DNA from: Clostridium tepidiprofundi DSM 19306
Lineage (GTDB): Bacteria; Bacillota; Clostridia; Clostridiales; Clostridiaceae
Reading direction: 5' to 3'
DNA: 32,000 bases
NCBI RefSeq assembly: GCF_001594005.1
Contig: NZ_LTBA01000003.1
Location: 57,537-89,536 of the forward strand
Every line of letters starts with the position of its first letter. Position 1 is the stretch's first letter. Shown in pieces: positions 16,254 to 25,512 of the stretch. The notes beneath the pieces are model-generated. The model was not told where the DNA came from, searched no databases, and saw only the letters and a list, made by a program, of their open reading frames with translations. A program made the position numbers and the translations under genes.

Positions 16254-17966
16254 TTAATCTATATATATGTCAGAAAATTCTATATTTATCTTCTCAACAT
16301 TTGCATACTCATCATAAGCTTTATCTTTACATATAATTTTACTTTCAAATTCACGTACTGGTAATTCAATTATGAATTCACTTCCATTTCCATATTCACT
16401 ATTTACCTCTATTGTACCTGCATGCATTTCTACAAAAGCCTTTACCATAGATAACCCTATACCACTACCCTCATTTTTTCTTGAAAGCGATTTATCCACC
16501 TGAACAAACCGCTCGAATATTTTATCTTGCTTATCCTTTGGTATACCTATACCAGTATCTTTTACAGAAATTCGCACCTTGTCCCCTAAGTCGGTAAATG
16601 TTACCCTTATCTCATCACCAGCTTCAGTAAATTTAATAGCATTCGATAAAAGATTCAATACTATTCTTTCAATTTTATCTGGATCAACACACATATATTT
16701 TTCTTCAACGTTCGTGTCAAAAATCAAATTTATGCCCTTGCTTTCTGAATATCCAACAACAGATAATGTAATATTTTCAATTACGTTAACTAAGTTATAC
16801 TTACCAAAATTCATACTTAAATATCCAGCATCTATTTTTGTAATATCAATAAGATTGTTTACCAATCTCAGCAATCTATAACAATTATGCTTTAGTGTTC
16901 TTATATAACTTGATATCTTGCCCTGATTAAATTCATAACTGCCATTAGATTTCTTTTCAACTAATTGTATTATTCCAAGAATAACATTTAATGGTGTTCT
17001 AAGCTCATGCGATATATTTGTAAAAAATTCCGTTTTAGCCTTATCATACTCTTTCGATTTTTCAAGAAGTAAAGTTTTTTCTTTAATCTTTTCCTTTAAT
17101 ACCTGTATTTTTTTTCTTTCTGATATATCTCTAGAAACATTTAACACAACTTTTTCACCCTTATATGGTACTAATGCATGTTTTGTCTCAATAATAATCT
17201 CTTTATTATCGCTTTTCCTAATATATCTTTTTTCAATCACAGGTACAACACCATTTCTGTACAAAATATCATTTTCCTGTTCAATCAAAGCAACATCATA
17301 AGCACTCAACACCAAAAAATCACTTACCCTTTTTCCTACAATATCACTCGGTTTTGAAGCACCTAAAAGCTCAGCTGCAGCTTTATTTGCATACACAATA
17401 CAATTATTATTTAATAATACCAAACTATCAGGAATCAACTCTAACAAATTACTGTAAATTACAAAATTTTCATGCATACTAGATTCCAATTTATTATATT
17501 CTTTGTCACTACTATCTAGCAAATCATGCTCCAGTTCCTTCAATAAAGCATCATGGTTAATCATCTCAATATTGTCAAACACTTTATCCACTCTTAAAAG
17601 AAATTCATATTTTTCAGTTTGTTTAACAAGCATATCTACAAATTTTAAATATGCATTTTTGAAAATTTTCTCAATTTTCACTAAACTATCATGCTCAATA
17701 CTAGAGGATATTGTATAGCAAAGCTTAAACATACCTCTTAATATTTCATTATAATCATTATCATTTCCACCATATTCATCATAACCTATAACAATATCAT
17801 TTATCTTTAGTACTGTGTACTTAACAAGTTCAGCTATAAAATCAGCAAAAGTTATACTTTCTTTTAAATGTTTTTTATCACTGTCATATAGCAAAGATTC
17901 TAGTACTTCATCCGTGATAAATTTCTCATTTTCTTTCAATGCACCATAATTCACCATCAGCTTCAC
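16254..17966 (-). CDS. cytoplasmic PAS-domain sensor histidine kinase (orphan)
   Basis: H-box FFTNISHELRTPLN, N-box LLSNAIKFT, G-boxes VKDTGIGIP and GSGIGLSMV. PAS-like segment LIPDSLVLLNNNCIVYANKAAAELLG. No TM helix and no adjacent response regulator. Confidence 0.85.
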   Translation of the reverse strand: MKLMVNYGALKENEKFITDEVLESLLYDSDKKHLKESITFADFIAELVKYTVLKINDIVIGYDEYGGNDNDYNEILRGMFKLCYTISSSIEHDSLVKIEKIFKNAYLKFVDMLVKQTEKYEFLLRVDKVFDNIEMINHDALLKELEHDLLDSSDKEYNKLESSMHENFVIYSNLLELIPDSLVLLNNNCIVYANKAAAELLGASKPSDIVGKRVSDFLVLSAYDVALIEQENDILYRNGVVPVIEKRYIRKSDNKEIIIETKHALVPYKGEKVVLNVSRDISERKKIQVLKEKIKEKTLLLEKSKEYDKAKTEFFTNISHELRTPLNVILGIIQLVEKKSNGSYEFNQGKISSYIRTLKHNCYRLLRLVNNLIDITKIDAGYLSMNFGKYNLVNVIENITLSVVGYSESKGINLIFDTNVEEKYMCVDPDKIERIVLNLLSNAIKFTEAGDEIRVTFTDLGDKVRISVKDTGIGIPKDKQDKIFERFVQVDKSLSRKNEGSGIGLSMVKAFVEMHAGTIEVNSEYGNGSEFIIELPVREFESKIICKDKAYDEYANVEKINIEFSDIYID

Positions 17967-18152
17967 CCTTTTATCATATAAATAGAAACCATTTATTTTT
18001 ACACCTTGTCAATACAAAAATTATTATGTCTATTTATACTTCCATAGCATTATAATACATTATTTATTAATATTTGTAAACACCTGTACAAATACCCACT
18101 TATATTCAATATTATACATTCCTTGTGATTGCAGCCATTTCTAGCTTTAAAA

Positions 18153-18989
18153 TCATACTATAATAACATTTTTACATTTATTTCTTTTTGCTATTCTAAA
18201 TAATTTATTCATGATCTCATCTGATGGCGAATATGAGTTTATTAAATGGTTTCTTACTCCAATAGGTCTATATTTTATAAGCTTATACCTTATATCAGGA
18301 TTTATTGATGCTATCATATTGCTAATTTCAAATACATTTTTTTCATTATCTAAAATATCTGGAACAATAACCGTTCTCACTTCATATAATTTATTTATTT
18401 TCCCTAAATATTTTAAATTTTTCAAAACAATATCATTCGATTTTCCAGTAAGCTTATAATGTTCTTTAACATCAAATGCCTTTACATCTAGCATAACTTT
18501 ATCAATAACTTCGACCAATTTTTCGTTTTCATAAAAAGGCATAGAGCCATTAGTATCCAGAAAAACAGTCAATCCAAGACTTTTAACTTTCTCGCACACA
18601 GAAGTCAATAATTCAAGCTGTCTTGTACATTCTCCTCCTGAAATTGTTACTCCCGAAATAAATGCCTTTGTCTTTTTTATCTCATCAACAATATCTTCAA
18701 CACTCATTTTCTGAACTTTAGGCGAACTATCTCTAGGACATATTTCTAAACACTTACCACATTTATGACACTTATTCTTATCCCAAACAACATTTCCTTC
18801 CATAATTTTAAGTGCTTCATATGGACATTCCTTTACACATATACCACAGTTATTACATATATTGATGGTTTCAGGATTATGACAGTAAAGGCAATTAAAA
18901 TTGCATCCCTGAAGAAAAATAGAAGTTCTATTTCCCGGCCCATCCACAGAACTGAAAGGAAGTATTTTATTAACCAATCCATCAATCAT
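18153..18989 (-). CDS. yjjW: YjjW-family glycyl-radical enzyme activase (radical SAM)
   Basis: PFSSVDGPGNRTSIFLQGCNFNCLYCHNPET radical-SAM cluster, two ferredoxin-type Cys clusters, and GGECT. Collinear with E. coli YjjW as I remember it. ATGA overlap with yjjI. Confidence 0.85.
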   Translation of the reverse strand: MIDGLVNKILPFSSVDGPGNRTSIFLQGCNFNCLYCHNPETINICNNCGICVKECPYEALKIMEGNVVWDKNKCHKCGKCLEICPRDSSPKVQKMSVEDIVDEIKKTKAFISGVTISGGECTRQLELLTSVCEKVKSLGLTVFLDTNGSMPFYENEKLVEVIDKVMLDVKAFDVKEHYKLTGKSNDIVLKNLKYLGKINKLYEVRTVIVPDILDNEKNVFEISNMIASINPDIRYKLIKYRPIGVRNHLINSYSPSDEIMNKLFRIAKRNKCKNVIIV

Positions 18990-20527
18990 ACTTTTCTTAC
19001 CTTTCTACTTAATATACCTTGATTTTTTACAGATCCCAATCCTAACTCAACAGTATCTCGTAGTACTTGCTCTCCTCTTTCTAATTTTTCCATTTCAGAC
19101 CTTTTTACAAGATATCCAGTTATTCTTATAACATCAGAATCAGAAGCATAAAACGAAATATACCTCATATTTTCTTTAAATGCACCCTTAATTATATCTA
19201 AAACATATTGTGGATTATTCTTAGCTGTCTTTTCAAAAGCAAACACATCACCTATTCCCGATGGAAAAAATTTATGAAACTTAGATGATTGCAATAAATG
19301 TTTATAAAGCTCAGGTTCTTCCCCTATAGGTATCCTGCATCCTGGACTAATACCTTCATCAGAATCTATGCCAACTTGTGCATGAAGAAGAAATTTTCCA
19401 TTTGAAAACTTGCAATATTCATTGTAGTGCTTATTAACTTCTTCATAAAGTCTTTCTATAATTTCTAGTCCAATATTGTCAGCCATTTCGCTATGTCCAA
19501 ATCTATCTTCTAATCTATCCGAATCAATAAAATGATTTACACACTCTGCAAGTCCAAACATACCAAACATAGCAGTAAATCTATCTTTACTAATCAAGCC
19601 TTCTTTTACCAAGAAACTACCTTCAAAAAAGTTACTCTCCTCCACTAGAAATTTAATTCTTTCATCCATATAACTTGCCATTCTTTCAACTGCATCTGGA
19701 AGCAATACATTCAAAAACTCTTTTTTATATTTTGTCTTCTTAGCCAACCCTGCAAGATTCAATCTAACTAATGTAAAGCTCCCCCCACCTATAGGAAGGC
19801 CATTATAACAACTAGCAATAGCATATTCAGTCCCAAACTCATTCTCAAAAATTTCATTATTAGCAAAACTAGGTTTTGCTGTAGCAAAAGCCGTATTAAT
19901 TGCACTAATAGCAAAACTATCAGGTGTATTTTTACTATACTTAAGCGATATATTTGGAATAGAAGTTTGAATTTCTCTTTGAATGTCTAATATCATTCTT
20001 CCCGCTTTTGTATCTAAAGGACCAATGTTCGCATGACAAAATGAATCTGTTATAGTCCTATCTATATGAATTAAAAACAATTTAATTGCATTGTAAGCTT
20101 CCTTTTCATCATTAATAAAAGGTTCCAACAAATAATCTATATTCCCTATATAAACAGGGAAAGATGTAATAGAAGGTACATGTTTATATAATATGAGCAA
20201 ATTATTTGTAGCTTCCCATATATTCTTTGGAGCACTAAGTTCTAAAAATTTGCTACCATTCTTCATAAATCTTGCATAATCAGGCACAACATATCTAGGT
20301 CTATAAGGTGCATTTCCCTCAAAAAGATCACATATTATACCCTCATCCCTATACTGCTGAACATTTTTAGTTATATTCAATACATTCAAAGAATTTTCTG
20401 CCTTTCTTGCAAGCTCTAAAACCTTTTGTTGATAAGTAATTTTTCTACTTTTTATAATCTCCATATTTTCCTCATCCCCCTGGGGTGTAAATTTTTCCAA
20501 TGAAACTTCCAAAACTTTTTTATTCAT
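18986..20527 (-). CDS. yjjI: YjjI-family glycyl-radical enzyme (DUF3029), substrate unknown
   Basis: 513 aa, the size of E. coli YjjI (about 516 aa). C-terminal glycine-radical-like motif DSDVIRITGYLVKR. Translationally coupled to the YjjW activase. Confidence 0.8.
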   Translation of the reverse strand: MNKKVLEVSLEKFTPQGDEENMEIIKSRKITYQQKVLELARKAENSLNVLNITKNVQQYRDEGIICDLFEGNAPYRPRYVVPDYARFMKNGSKFLELSAPKNIWEATNNLLILYKHVPSITSFPVYIGNIDYLLEPFINDEKEAYNAIKLFLIHIDRTITDSFCHANIGPLDTKAGRMILDIQREIQTSIPNISLKYSKNTPDSFAISAINTAFATAKPSFANNEIFENEFGTEYAIASCYNGLPIGGGSFTLVRLNLAGLAKKTKYKKEFLNVLLPDAVERMASYMDERIKFLVEESNFFEGSFLVKEGLISKDRFTAMFGMFGLAECVNHFIDSDRLEDRFGHSEMADNIGLEIIERLYEEVNKHYNEYCKFSNGKFLLHAQVGIDSDEGISPGCRIPIGEEPELYKHLLQSSKFHKFFPSGIGDVFAFEKTAKNNPQYVLDIIKGAFKENMRYISFYASDSDVIRITGYLVKRSEMEKLERGEQVLRDTVELGLGSVKNQGILSRKVRKV

Positions 20528-20611
20528 TTGTCTGTATTTTTTGATTTTTTTCTAGTATAATAATATCGTGATTACATTACAATTATATCACAACTTTTTA
20601 GGGGGGATAAT

Positions 20612-21826
20612 ATGAAAAAAGGGAAGATTCTATTTGAAAATTTAGGAACATGGATTATTGTTGCTATGTTCTTAGGAATTATAGTTGGAGGAGTAATGGG
20701 AAAAAATGCATCAATATTTGCACCACTTGGTGATATATTCATGACTCTTTTAAAAATGGTAGTAATACCTCTTGTAACATTTTCTATCATTACTGGTGCT
20801 GCTTCAATTGGCAACTCCAAATCTGCAGGTAAGATAGGTATAGCAACTTTTGTATATTACCTATCTACAACCGCTGTTGCCGTAGTTGTTGCATTAATAC
20901 TAGGTCAATTATTTAAACCTGGTACTGGTTTACCTATGGAGCAAATTAAATCAATATTCTCAAACGAATACGCTAATAAAGGTACTGTACCTGGCTTTTG
21001 GGAAACAATTAAAGGAATAATACCCGCAAATCCAATAGCTTCACTCGTTCAAGGAAATATTTTGCAAATTTTATTCTTCAGCTTATTCTTTGGATTTGGA
21101 ATTGCTTCTTTAAAAGAAGAACAAAAAGAATTACTTACAAAAGTTTTTAATGCTATCACAGATGCACTAATTTTTGTTATTATGAAAATCATGTATATTG
21201 CTCCAATAGGTGTATTTGCACTAATGGCCGATGCAGTAGGCACATTTGGATATAATATATTAGGTCTACTTGTGAAATTATTGGTTATTTATGTTATAGG
21301 ATTATTACTTCAAGCATTTGGAGTATATTCTCTTGCTCTGAAACTATTTAGTAAAACACCTGTTAAAAAGTTTTTCTCCAAAATATATAAAGTTCAATTG
21401 TTTGCATTATCAACTTCATCTTCTATGGCAACTCTTCCAATAAACATGGAAACATGTGAAGAAGAATTAAATGTATCAAAAGAAACAACTTCATTTGTTC
21501 TACCACTCGGTGCAACAATAAATATGGATGGTAATGCAATATATTATGCACTAGTAGCTTGTTTCTTTGCCCAAATGTTTGGTATAAAGCTTGGAATGGC
21601 TCAATACTTAGCAATTATATTCACTGCAACAGTCGGTTCTATTGGTCAAGCCGGTGTACCTGGTCCTTCATTATTAGTTGTTGCAGTATTGCTTTCAGCA
21701 AACATACCAATAGTAGGATTACCTCTTTTATTTGGAGTTGACAGATTGTTCGATATGATGAGAACAGCAGTAAATGTTACTGGAGATGCCTCTTGTGCGG
21801 TAATAGTCGACAGATTAAAAGAATAA
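20612..21826 (+). CDS. dicarboxylate/amino acid:cation symporter (DAACS family)
   Basis: 404 aa with MTLLKMVVIPLVTFSIITG, SSSMATLP, and the NMDGNAIY and DRLFDMMRTAVNVTGD motifs of GltP/SstT-type carriers. RBS AGGGGGGAT lies upstream. Confidence 0.9.
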   Translation: MKKGKILFENLGTWIIVAMFLGIIVGGVMGKNASIFAPLGDIFMTLLKMVVIPLVTFSIITGAASIGNSKSAGKIGIATFVYYLSTTAVAVVVALILGQLFKPGTGLPMEQIKSIFSNEYANKGTVPGFWETIKGIIPANPIASLVQGNILQILFFSLFFGFGIASLKEEQKELLTKVFNAITDALIFVIMKIMYIAPIGVFALMADAVGTFGYNILGLLVKLLVIYVIGLLLQAFGVYSLALKLFSKTPVKKFFSKIYKVQLFALSTSSSMATLPINMETCEEELNVSKETTSFVLPLGATINMDGNAIYYALVACFFAQMFGIKLGMAQYLAIIFTATVGSIGQAGVPGPSLLVVAVLLSANIPIVGLPLLFGVDRLFDMMRTAVNVTGDASCAVIVDRLKE

Positions 21827-21840
21827 TTATATATGCTCTA

Positions 21841-21876
21841 AAAGAAACTCCATAATGTCGTTGATGGAGTTTCTTT
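21841..21876. terminator. bidirectional terminator between the DAACS gene and bioY
   Basis: AAAGAAACTCCAT / ATGGAGTTTCTTT 13-bp stem with T-rich tails on both strands. Confidence 0.8.
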
Positions 21877-21882
21877 TCTATT

Positions 21883-22437
21883 CTATATTGCTTGTCTTTT
21901 TATTATTGGTATGATTTTAACACCTAATACTGCAGTCAATATGCATTTTGCTATATCTCCTGGAATAAATATTAACATTCCTATTTTAAGCGCTTTCGCT
22001 ACTGAAATACCCACTCCTGAAACATCTTTCAAAATTATATATAAATATGGAACACCTATAGCATAAATCACTACCATACCAGTTAATGACGCTATAAATA
22101 ATCTTGTAAAATTAACCACTTTAGTTGTTTCTGATATTTTGCCTATAATATAAGCACCTACTATAAATCCTATAAGATACCCAAATGATGGCGTAAACAC
22201 AGTAGAAATTCCTCCAGTTCCCCCTGCAAATATAGGTAATCCAACAAGTCCTAGAAATACATAAACCATTTGTGATAAAGCACCTAATCTTGAGCCTAAT
22301 ATCACACCAGCTAACGCTGTAAAAAGAACCTGTAATGTAATAGGTGCAGGACCTATTGGTATTTGAATAAATGCCCCCACGGCAGTTAAAGCCGCAAATA
22401 GCGATACAAGAACCATGTCTTTGGTATTGATTTTCAC
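21883..22437 (-). CDS. bioY: biotin transporter BioY (ECF S-component)
   Basis: LFAALTAVGAFIQIPIGPAPITLQVLFTALAGVILGSRLG...GGTGG is the BioY signature. GTG start lies 8 nt after AGGGGGAA. Confidence 0.85.
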   Translation of the reverse strand: MKINTKDMVLVSLFAALTAVGAFIQIPIGPAPITLQVLFTALAGVILGSRLGALSQMVYVFLGLVGLPIFAGGTGGISTVFTPSFGYLIGFIVGAYIIGKISETTKVVNFTRLFIASLTGMVVIYAIGVPYLYIILKDVSGVGISVAKALKIGMLIFIPGDIAKCILTAVLGVKIIPIIKRQAI

Positions 22438-22471
22438 GTTTAAATTCCCCCTTAATCGTAAATAAATTTAT

Positions 22472-22505
22472 ATTGTAAACCATATACGCGATTAAAGTTT
22501 ACAAT
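22472..22505. promoter_or_regulatory. BirA operator (bioO-like inverted repeat)
   Basis: ATTGTAAAC-N16-GTTTACAAT perfect 9-bp inverted repeat, 35 nt upstream of bioY. Same half-site as the E. coli bio operator (TTGTAAACC/GGTTTACAA). Confidence 0.65.
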
Positions 22506-22511
22506 ATGAAT

Positions 22512-22538
22512 ATTATAACATAAGAAAATATTTGTCAA
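22512..22538 (-). promoter_or_regulatory. candidate bioY promoter
   Basis: On the minus strand: TTGACA (22533-22538), then TGTTATAAT (extended -10, TATAAT at 22512-17) or TAATAT at 17-nt spacing. Immediately upstream of the BirA operator. Embedded in a 16-bp perfect palindrome (22520-22535/22546-22561). Confidence 0.45.
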
Positions 22539-22624
22539 TATACAAACAAATATTTTCTTATAAACAACAAACCCAAATTAAAGAACCTTAATTAGAGAAT
22601 ATTGAATAAGGAATAGAGAATAGT

Positions 22625-22915
22625 AAAAGTTGGGGCTGTCGCACTAAATAATTAGTACGTAGCTCCTTTTTTATAAGAAATTAACAGTAAGCAAAATAAG
22701 CCCTCCTTATTCGGCTTACGCCCCACCAGTTTGCTGTCTACGCTTAGCCCTTTGGGTCACCCCAAACAACTTAAGACTCGCTAATGACTGTTGGTTAAAC
22801 TTTGTCATACAGGACTCCCACCTGCTATACATCACGCCCTTTGCTTGGCGCACGGTCTGACCCCTTAGCGAGGGAGCCTGGAGGGCGGTTGCGACCGAGC
22901 TTGCTTTTCTGGTTG
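22625..22915 (-). ncRNA. candidate structured RNA of unknown class (G+C-rich 3' extension of the DUF4160/DUF2442 unit)
   Basis: No open frame on either strand. Composition jumps to 68 G+C per 120 nt (22801-22920, hand count). An 8-bp long-range helix (22777-22784/22865-22872) encloses three hairpins, and there is a GNRA-capped hairpin at 22751-22766. A terminal stem at 22632-22666 is followed by a T-run. The strand call is tentative. Confidence 0.45.
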
Positions 22916-23170
22916 CTAATTAATTTGTTTTCCTTTAGTCCATAATTCATACTCACTAATATCCGCTTCATCGTTCCAACTAATTCCATATCCTCCAACG
23001 TCAACCTTTGCCATACTGAATATTATTTTATCCTTTAATATCTCAAACTCTTCAATATTCAACCATGGTTTCATATCATATTTTTTAACAATATTGTTTT
23101 CGAAAGTTACTATCACTATATAATCTTCTTCTACTTTTACATCTTTTATTTTAGGTATTTTAATTTTCAT
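22916..23170 (-). CDS. DUF2442 domain protein
   Basis: 84 aa. IVIVTFENNIVKKYDMKPWL...GGYGISWNDEADISEYELW fits DUF2442. ATG at 23168-23170 lies 6 nt after AGGAGGTG, which overlaps the upstream stop. Confidence 0.7.
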   Translation of the reverse strand: MKIKIPKIKDVKVEEDYIVIVTFENNIVKKYDMKPWLNIEEFEILKDKIIFSMAKVDVGGYGISWNDEADISEYELWTKGKQIN

Positions 23171-23182
23171 ACAAAACACCTC

Positions 23183-23431
23183 CTACTTCAACCCATCTAA
23201 TTTTTTAAATACTTTCTTTTCCCAAATTTTCATAAGTTCATTTTGATGTAGCTCAGCCCATTCTCTTATTAATTTTACAGCTCTATTAGGCAAATCTCCT
23301 TCCGTCATTTCCAGTGTGTTTATATCAAATACTCCATTATATTCCCCATAAATAGCATGAAAATGTGGTGGTAGATGATCGTTGAAATACATTTTAATGA
23401 TTATTCCGTAAAATCTTGTTATTATTGGCAT
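23183..23431 (-). CDS. DUF4160 domain protein
   Basis: 82 aa. RFYGIIIKMYFNDHLPPHFHAIYGEY...GDLP is the DUF4160 signature. ATG at 23429-23431 lies 8 nt after GGAGG. The track's TTG start lies in the RBS. Confidence 0.75.
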   Translation of the reverse strand: MPIITRFYGIIIKMYFNDHLPPHFHAIYGEYNGVFDINTLEMTEGDLPNRAVKLIREWAELHQNELMKIWEKKVFKKLDGLK

Positions 23432-23740
23432 TCTTTTTTCCTCCAAAAACTAATCTTAATATTTTTATTTTCATGTCACCATTTCTCTCTTTACTTATTA
23501 TTATATCTTAATTTTTGTTGCATTTTCACTATCTTTTAAAAAGTATTTATATTTTTTATTAATACAAATTCTACAACAACATAAAACATCAAAAATAGGA
23601 TACCCGGTTCCAATGGAATATTGGAATCAAGCATCCATATGTGCATGAATTTTAATTAAATTACCTATCCACTTGATATGTATCAGTATATTATTCTGGT
23701 AATTAGAAAATTTTGCACCCCTGGGGTGAAGATACTAATA

Positions 23741-25159
23741 CTATGGTGCTATAACACCTTTAAATATCAAAACAATAGCGACAATTGCTGCGATAACAAT
23801 GCCTGCCGATATCATCTTTTCGCCACCAGTCAATTCACCTCTATCCGCTTCCTTCTTTGACAAGTAATAGAAATAAATTCCCGGTGCATAAAGCACTGTA
23901 CACATCAATAAATAATCCAATCCAGCTGCATATATCAACCAAATAGCATATATTGAAGCTATCAGTGCTATTAATTTATCTTTTCCTCTGTTTTCAGGCT
24001 CAACACTATAAGCTCCCTCATCCAAAGTAACCTTGTATCCATATAAAGCACTAAACAAATATGGAATTAATATAGCAGTACTTGCCATATAATATATAGC
24101 TTGGTATGTACCGGATGAAAATAGAGTTACAATTAAGAAAAACTGAATCAATCCATTAGTAGCCCATAATGATGTCACTGGAGTACCTTTTTCATTCTCT
24201 TTAGCAAACACTTTAGGAAATACACCATCTTTTGCTGCAACATATGGTATTTCTGTTGATAACAACGTCCACCCAAGCATTGCTCCTAATAGCGAAATAA
24301 TCAATCCTATATTTATTAAAGCAGCACCCCATTTTCCTACCATTGCCTCCATTACGTATGCCATTGATGGGTTCTTTAGTTTAGCTAATTCAGGTCTTTT
24401 CAGAATACCTACTGATAGTAATGATATTAACACATAAATAGCCAATGTACCTATAAGCCCTATAACAGTAGCCTTTCCAACATCTCTTTTGTCTTTTGCT
24501 CTTCCCGAAACAACAACAGCTCCTTCTACTCCTATAAATACCCATAAAGTAACTAACATGATGTTTTTAACTTGACTTACAACGCTTCCCAAATCGGAAC
24601 TACCCCAAAATTCAAATTTAAAATTATTAATGTTGAATGTTATAATACCAAAGACAATAAATATTATTATTGGTATTAACTTTGCAATTGTAGTTACCAC
24701 ATTAATAATAGCTGCTTCTTTTACTCCATTTAATATCAGAGTATGCATTAACCAAAGCAATACAGATGCACACACAATTGAAACTAAATTGTTGCCATTT
24801 TCAAATATTGGGAAAAAATATCCCAATGCACCGAACAAAAGAGTAGCATATGCAACATTCCCTAAAAGAGCACTAAGCCAATAACCCCATGCAGAATTAA
24901 ATCCTGAAAAACTTCCAAATCCCTCTTTCGCATAACTATAAATCCCACCTACTAACTTTGGCTTTCTCAATGACAAGTTCTGATAAACAAGTGCCAAAGA
25001 AATAATACCAATACCTGTAACAATCCATCCTATTATCACTCCTCCACTACCCGCACTAGCCGCCATATCAGATGGCAAATTAAATACTCCTCCACCTATC
25101 ATAGAACCAACAATCAATGCAATAAGTACACCTAATCCTAATTTGTTTTCATTTTTCAT
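23741..25159 (-). CDS. basic amino acid/polyamine antiporter, APA family (ArcD-like)
   Basis: 472 aa with 12-13 TM helices. The N-terminal [28 protein letters not shown] and [12 protein letters not shown] motifs are typical of arginine:ornithine-type and related exchangers. Substrate not determinable from sequence. Confidence 0.85.
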   Translation of the reverse strand: MKNENKLGLGVLIALIVGSMIGGGVFNLPSDMAASAGSGGVIIGWIVTGIGIISLALVYQNLSLRKPKLVGGIYSYAKEGFGSFSGFNSAWGYWLSALLGNVAYATLLFGALGYFFPIFENGNNLVSIVCASVLLWLMHTLILNGVKEAAIINVVTTIAKLIPIIIFIVFGIITFNINNFKFEFWGSSDLGSVVSQVKNIMLVTLWVFIGVEGAVVVSGRAKDKRDVGKATVIGLIGTLAIYVLISLLSVGILKRPELAKLKNPSMAYVMEAMVGKWGAALINIGLIISLLGAMLGWTLLSTEIPYVAAKDGVFPKVFAKENEKGTPVTSLWATNGLIQFFLIVTLFSSGTYQAIYYMASTAILIPYLFSALYGYKVTLDEGAYSVEPENRGKDKLIALIASIYAIWLIYAAGLDYLLMCTVLYAPGIYFYYLSKKEADRGELTGGEKMISAGIVIAAIVAIVLIFKGVIAP

Positions 25160-25187
25160 ATCAACTCAACCCTTTTTCATTTGTCAA

Positions 25188-25362
25188 TTAGGCACTTGAA
25201 AGGAATTAACAAGTCAAATATGTCACGTATATTTTGTATCAAACAAGCAGAAACAAGTTCCTCTATGATAGTGGAACTATCGTAGAATTTCAGTGTTTCA
25301 ACACAATACACGATACGAAATAAGCTAACATACTGACTAGCTATTCTTTTAAAGATGCCTTA
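25188..25362 (-). repeat. MITE-like long palindromic element, family A, copy A3 (inverted relative to A1)
   Basis: The reverse complement aligns end to end with 7405-7570. The arms TAAGGCATCTTTAAAAGAATAGCTAGTCAGTATG and CATATTTGACTTGTTAATTCCTTTCAAGTGCCTAA are shared, while the centre diverges. Bracketed by TA. Confidence 0.8.
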
Positions 25363-25512
25363 TACAAGTTTTAGAACTCTATAATTTCTGAGAAAATACG
25401 AGTTCCAAAACTTATTAAGTATACAATTATAGTATCCATAATTCTTATATATATTCTTGTTGGCTCGTGTTAAATTTTACTAAACATCATTCCTTTTTTA
25501 TTCAAATATTCA

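Noticed and set aside
20572-20820. 82-codon minus-strand ORF overlapping the DAACS gene start and the divergent promoter region.
   Set aside because: It is antisense to a strongly supported transporter gene and has no RBS. It would leave no room for the yjjI/DAACS control region.
22121-22483. 120-codon minus-strand ORF overlapping bioY in another frame.
   Set aside because: The bioY frame carries the diagnostic BioY motifs. This alternative frame gives a Cys/Arg/Tyr-rich nonsense-like product and would start inside the BirA operator.
22847-22853. The minus strand reads GTGCGCC, resembling the 5' end of a bacterial group II intron (GUGCG), inside the G+C-rich element.
   Set aside because: There is no reverse-transcriptase ORF and no recognisable domain V/VI. 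Similarity to intron domain I does not extend beyond the first 7 nt as far as I can judge. The G+C-rich stretch also continues about 60 nt upstream of this site. It remains only a remote alternative for the 22625-22915 element.
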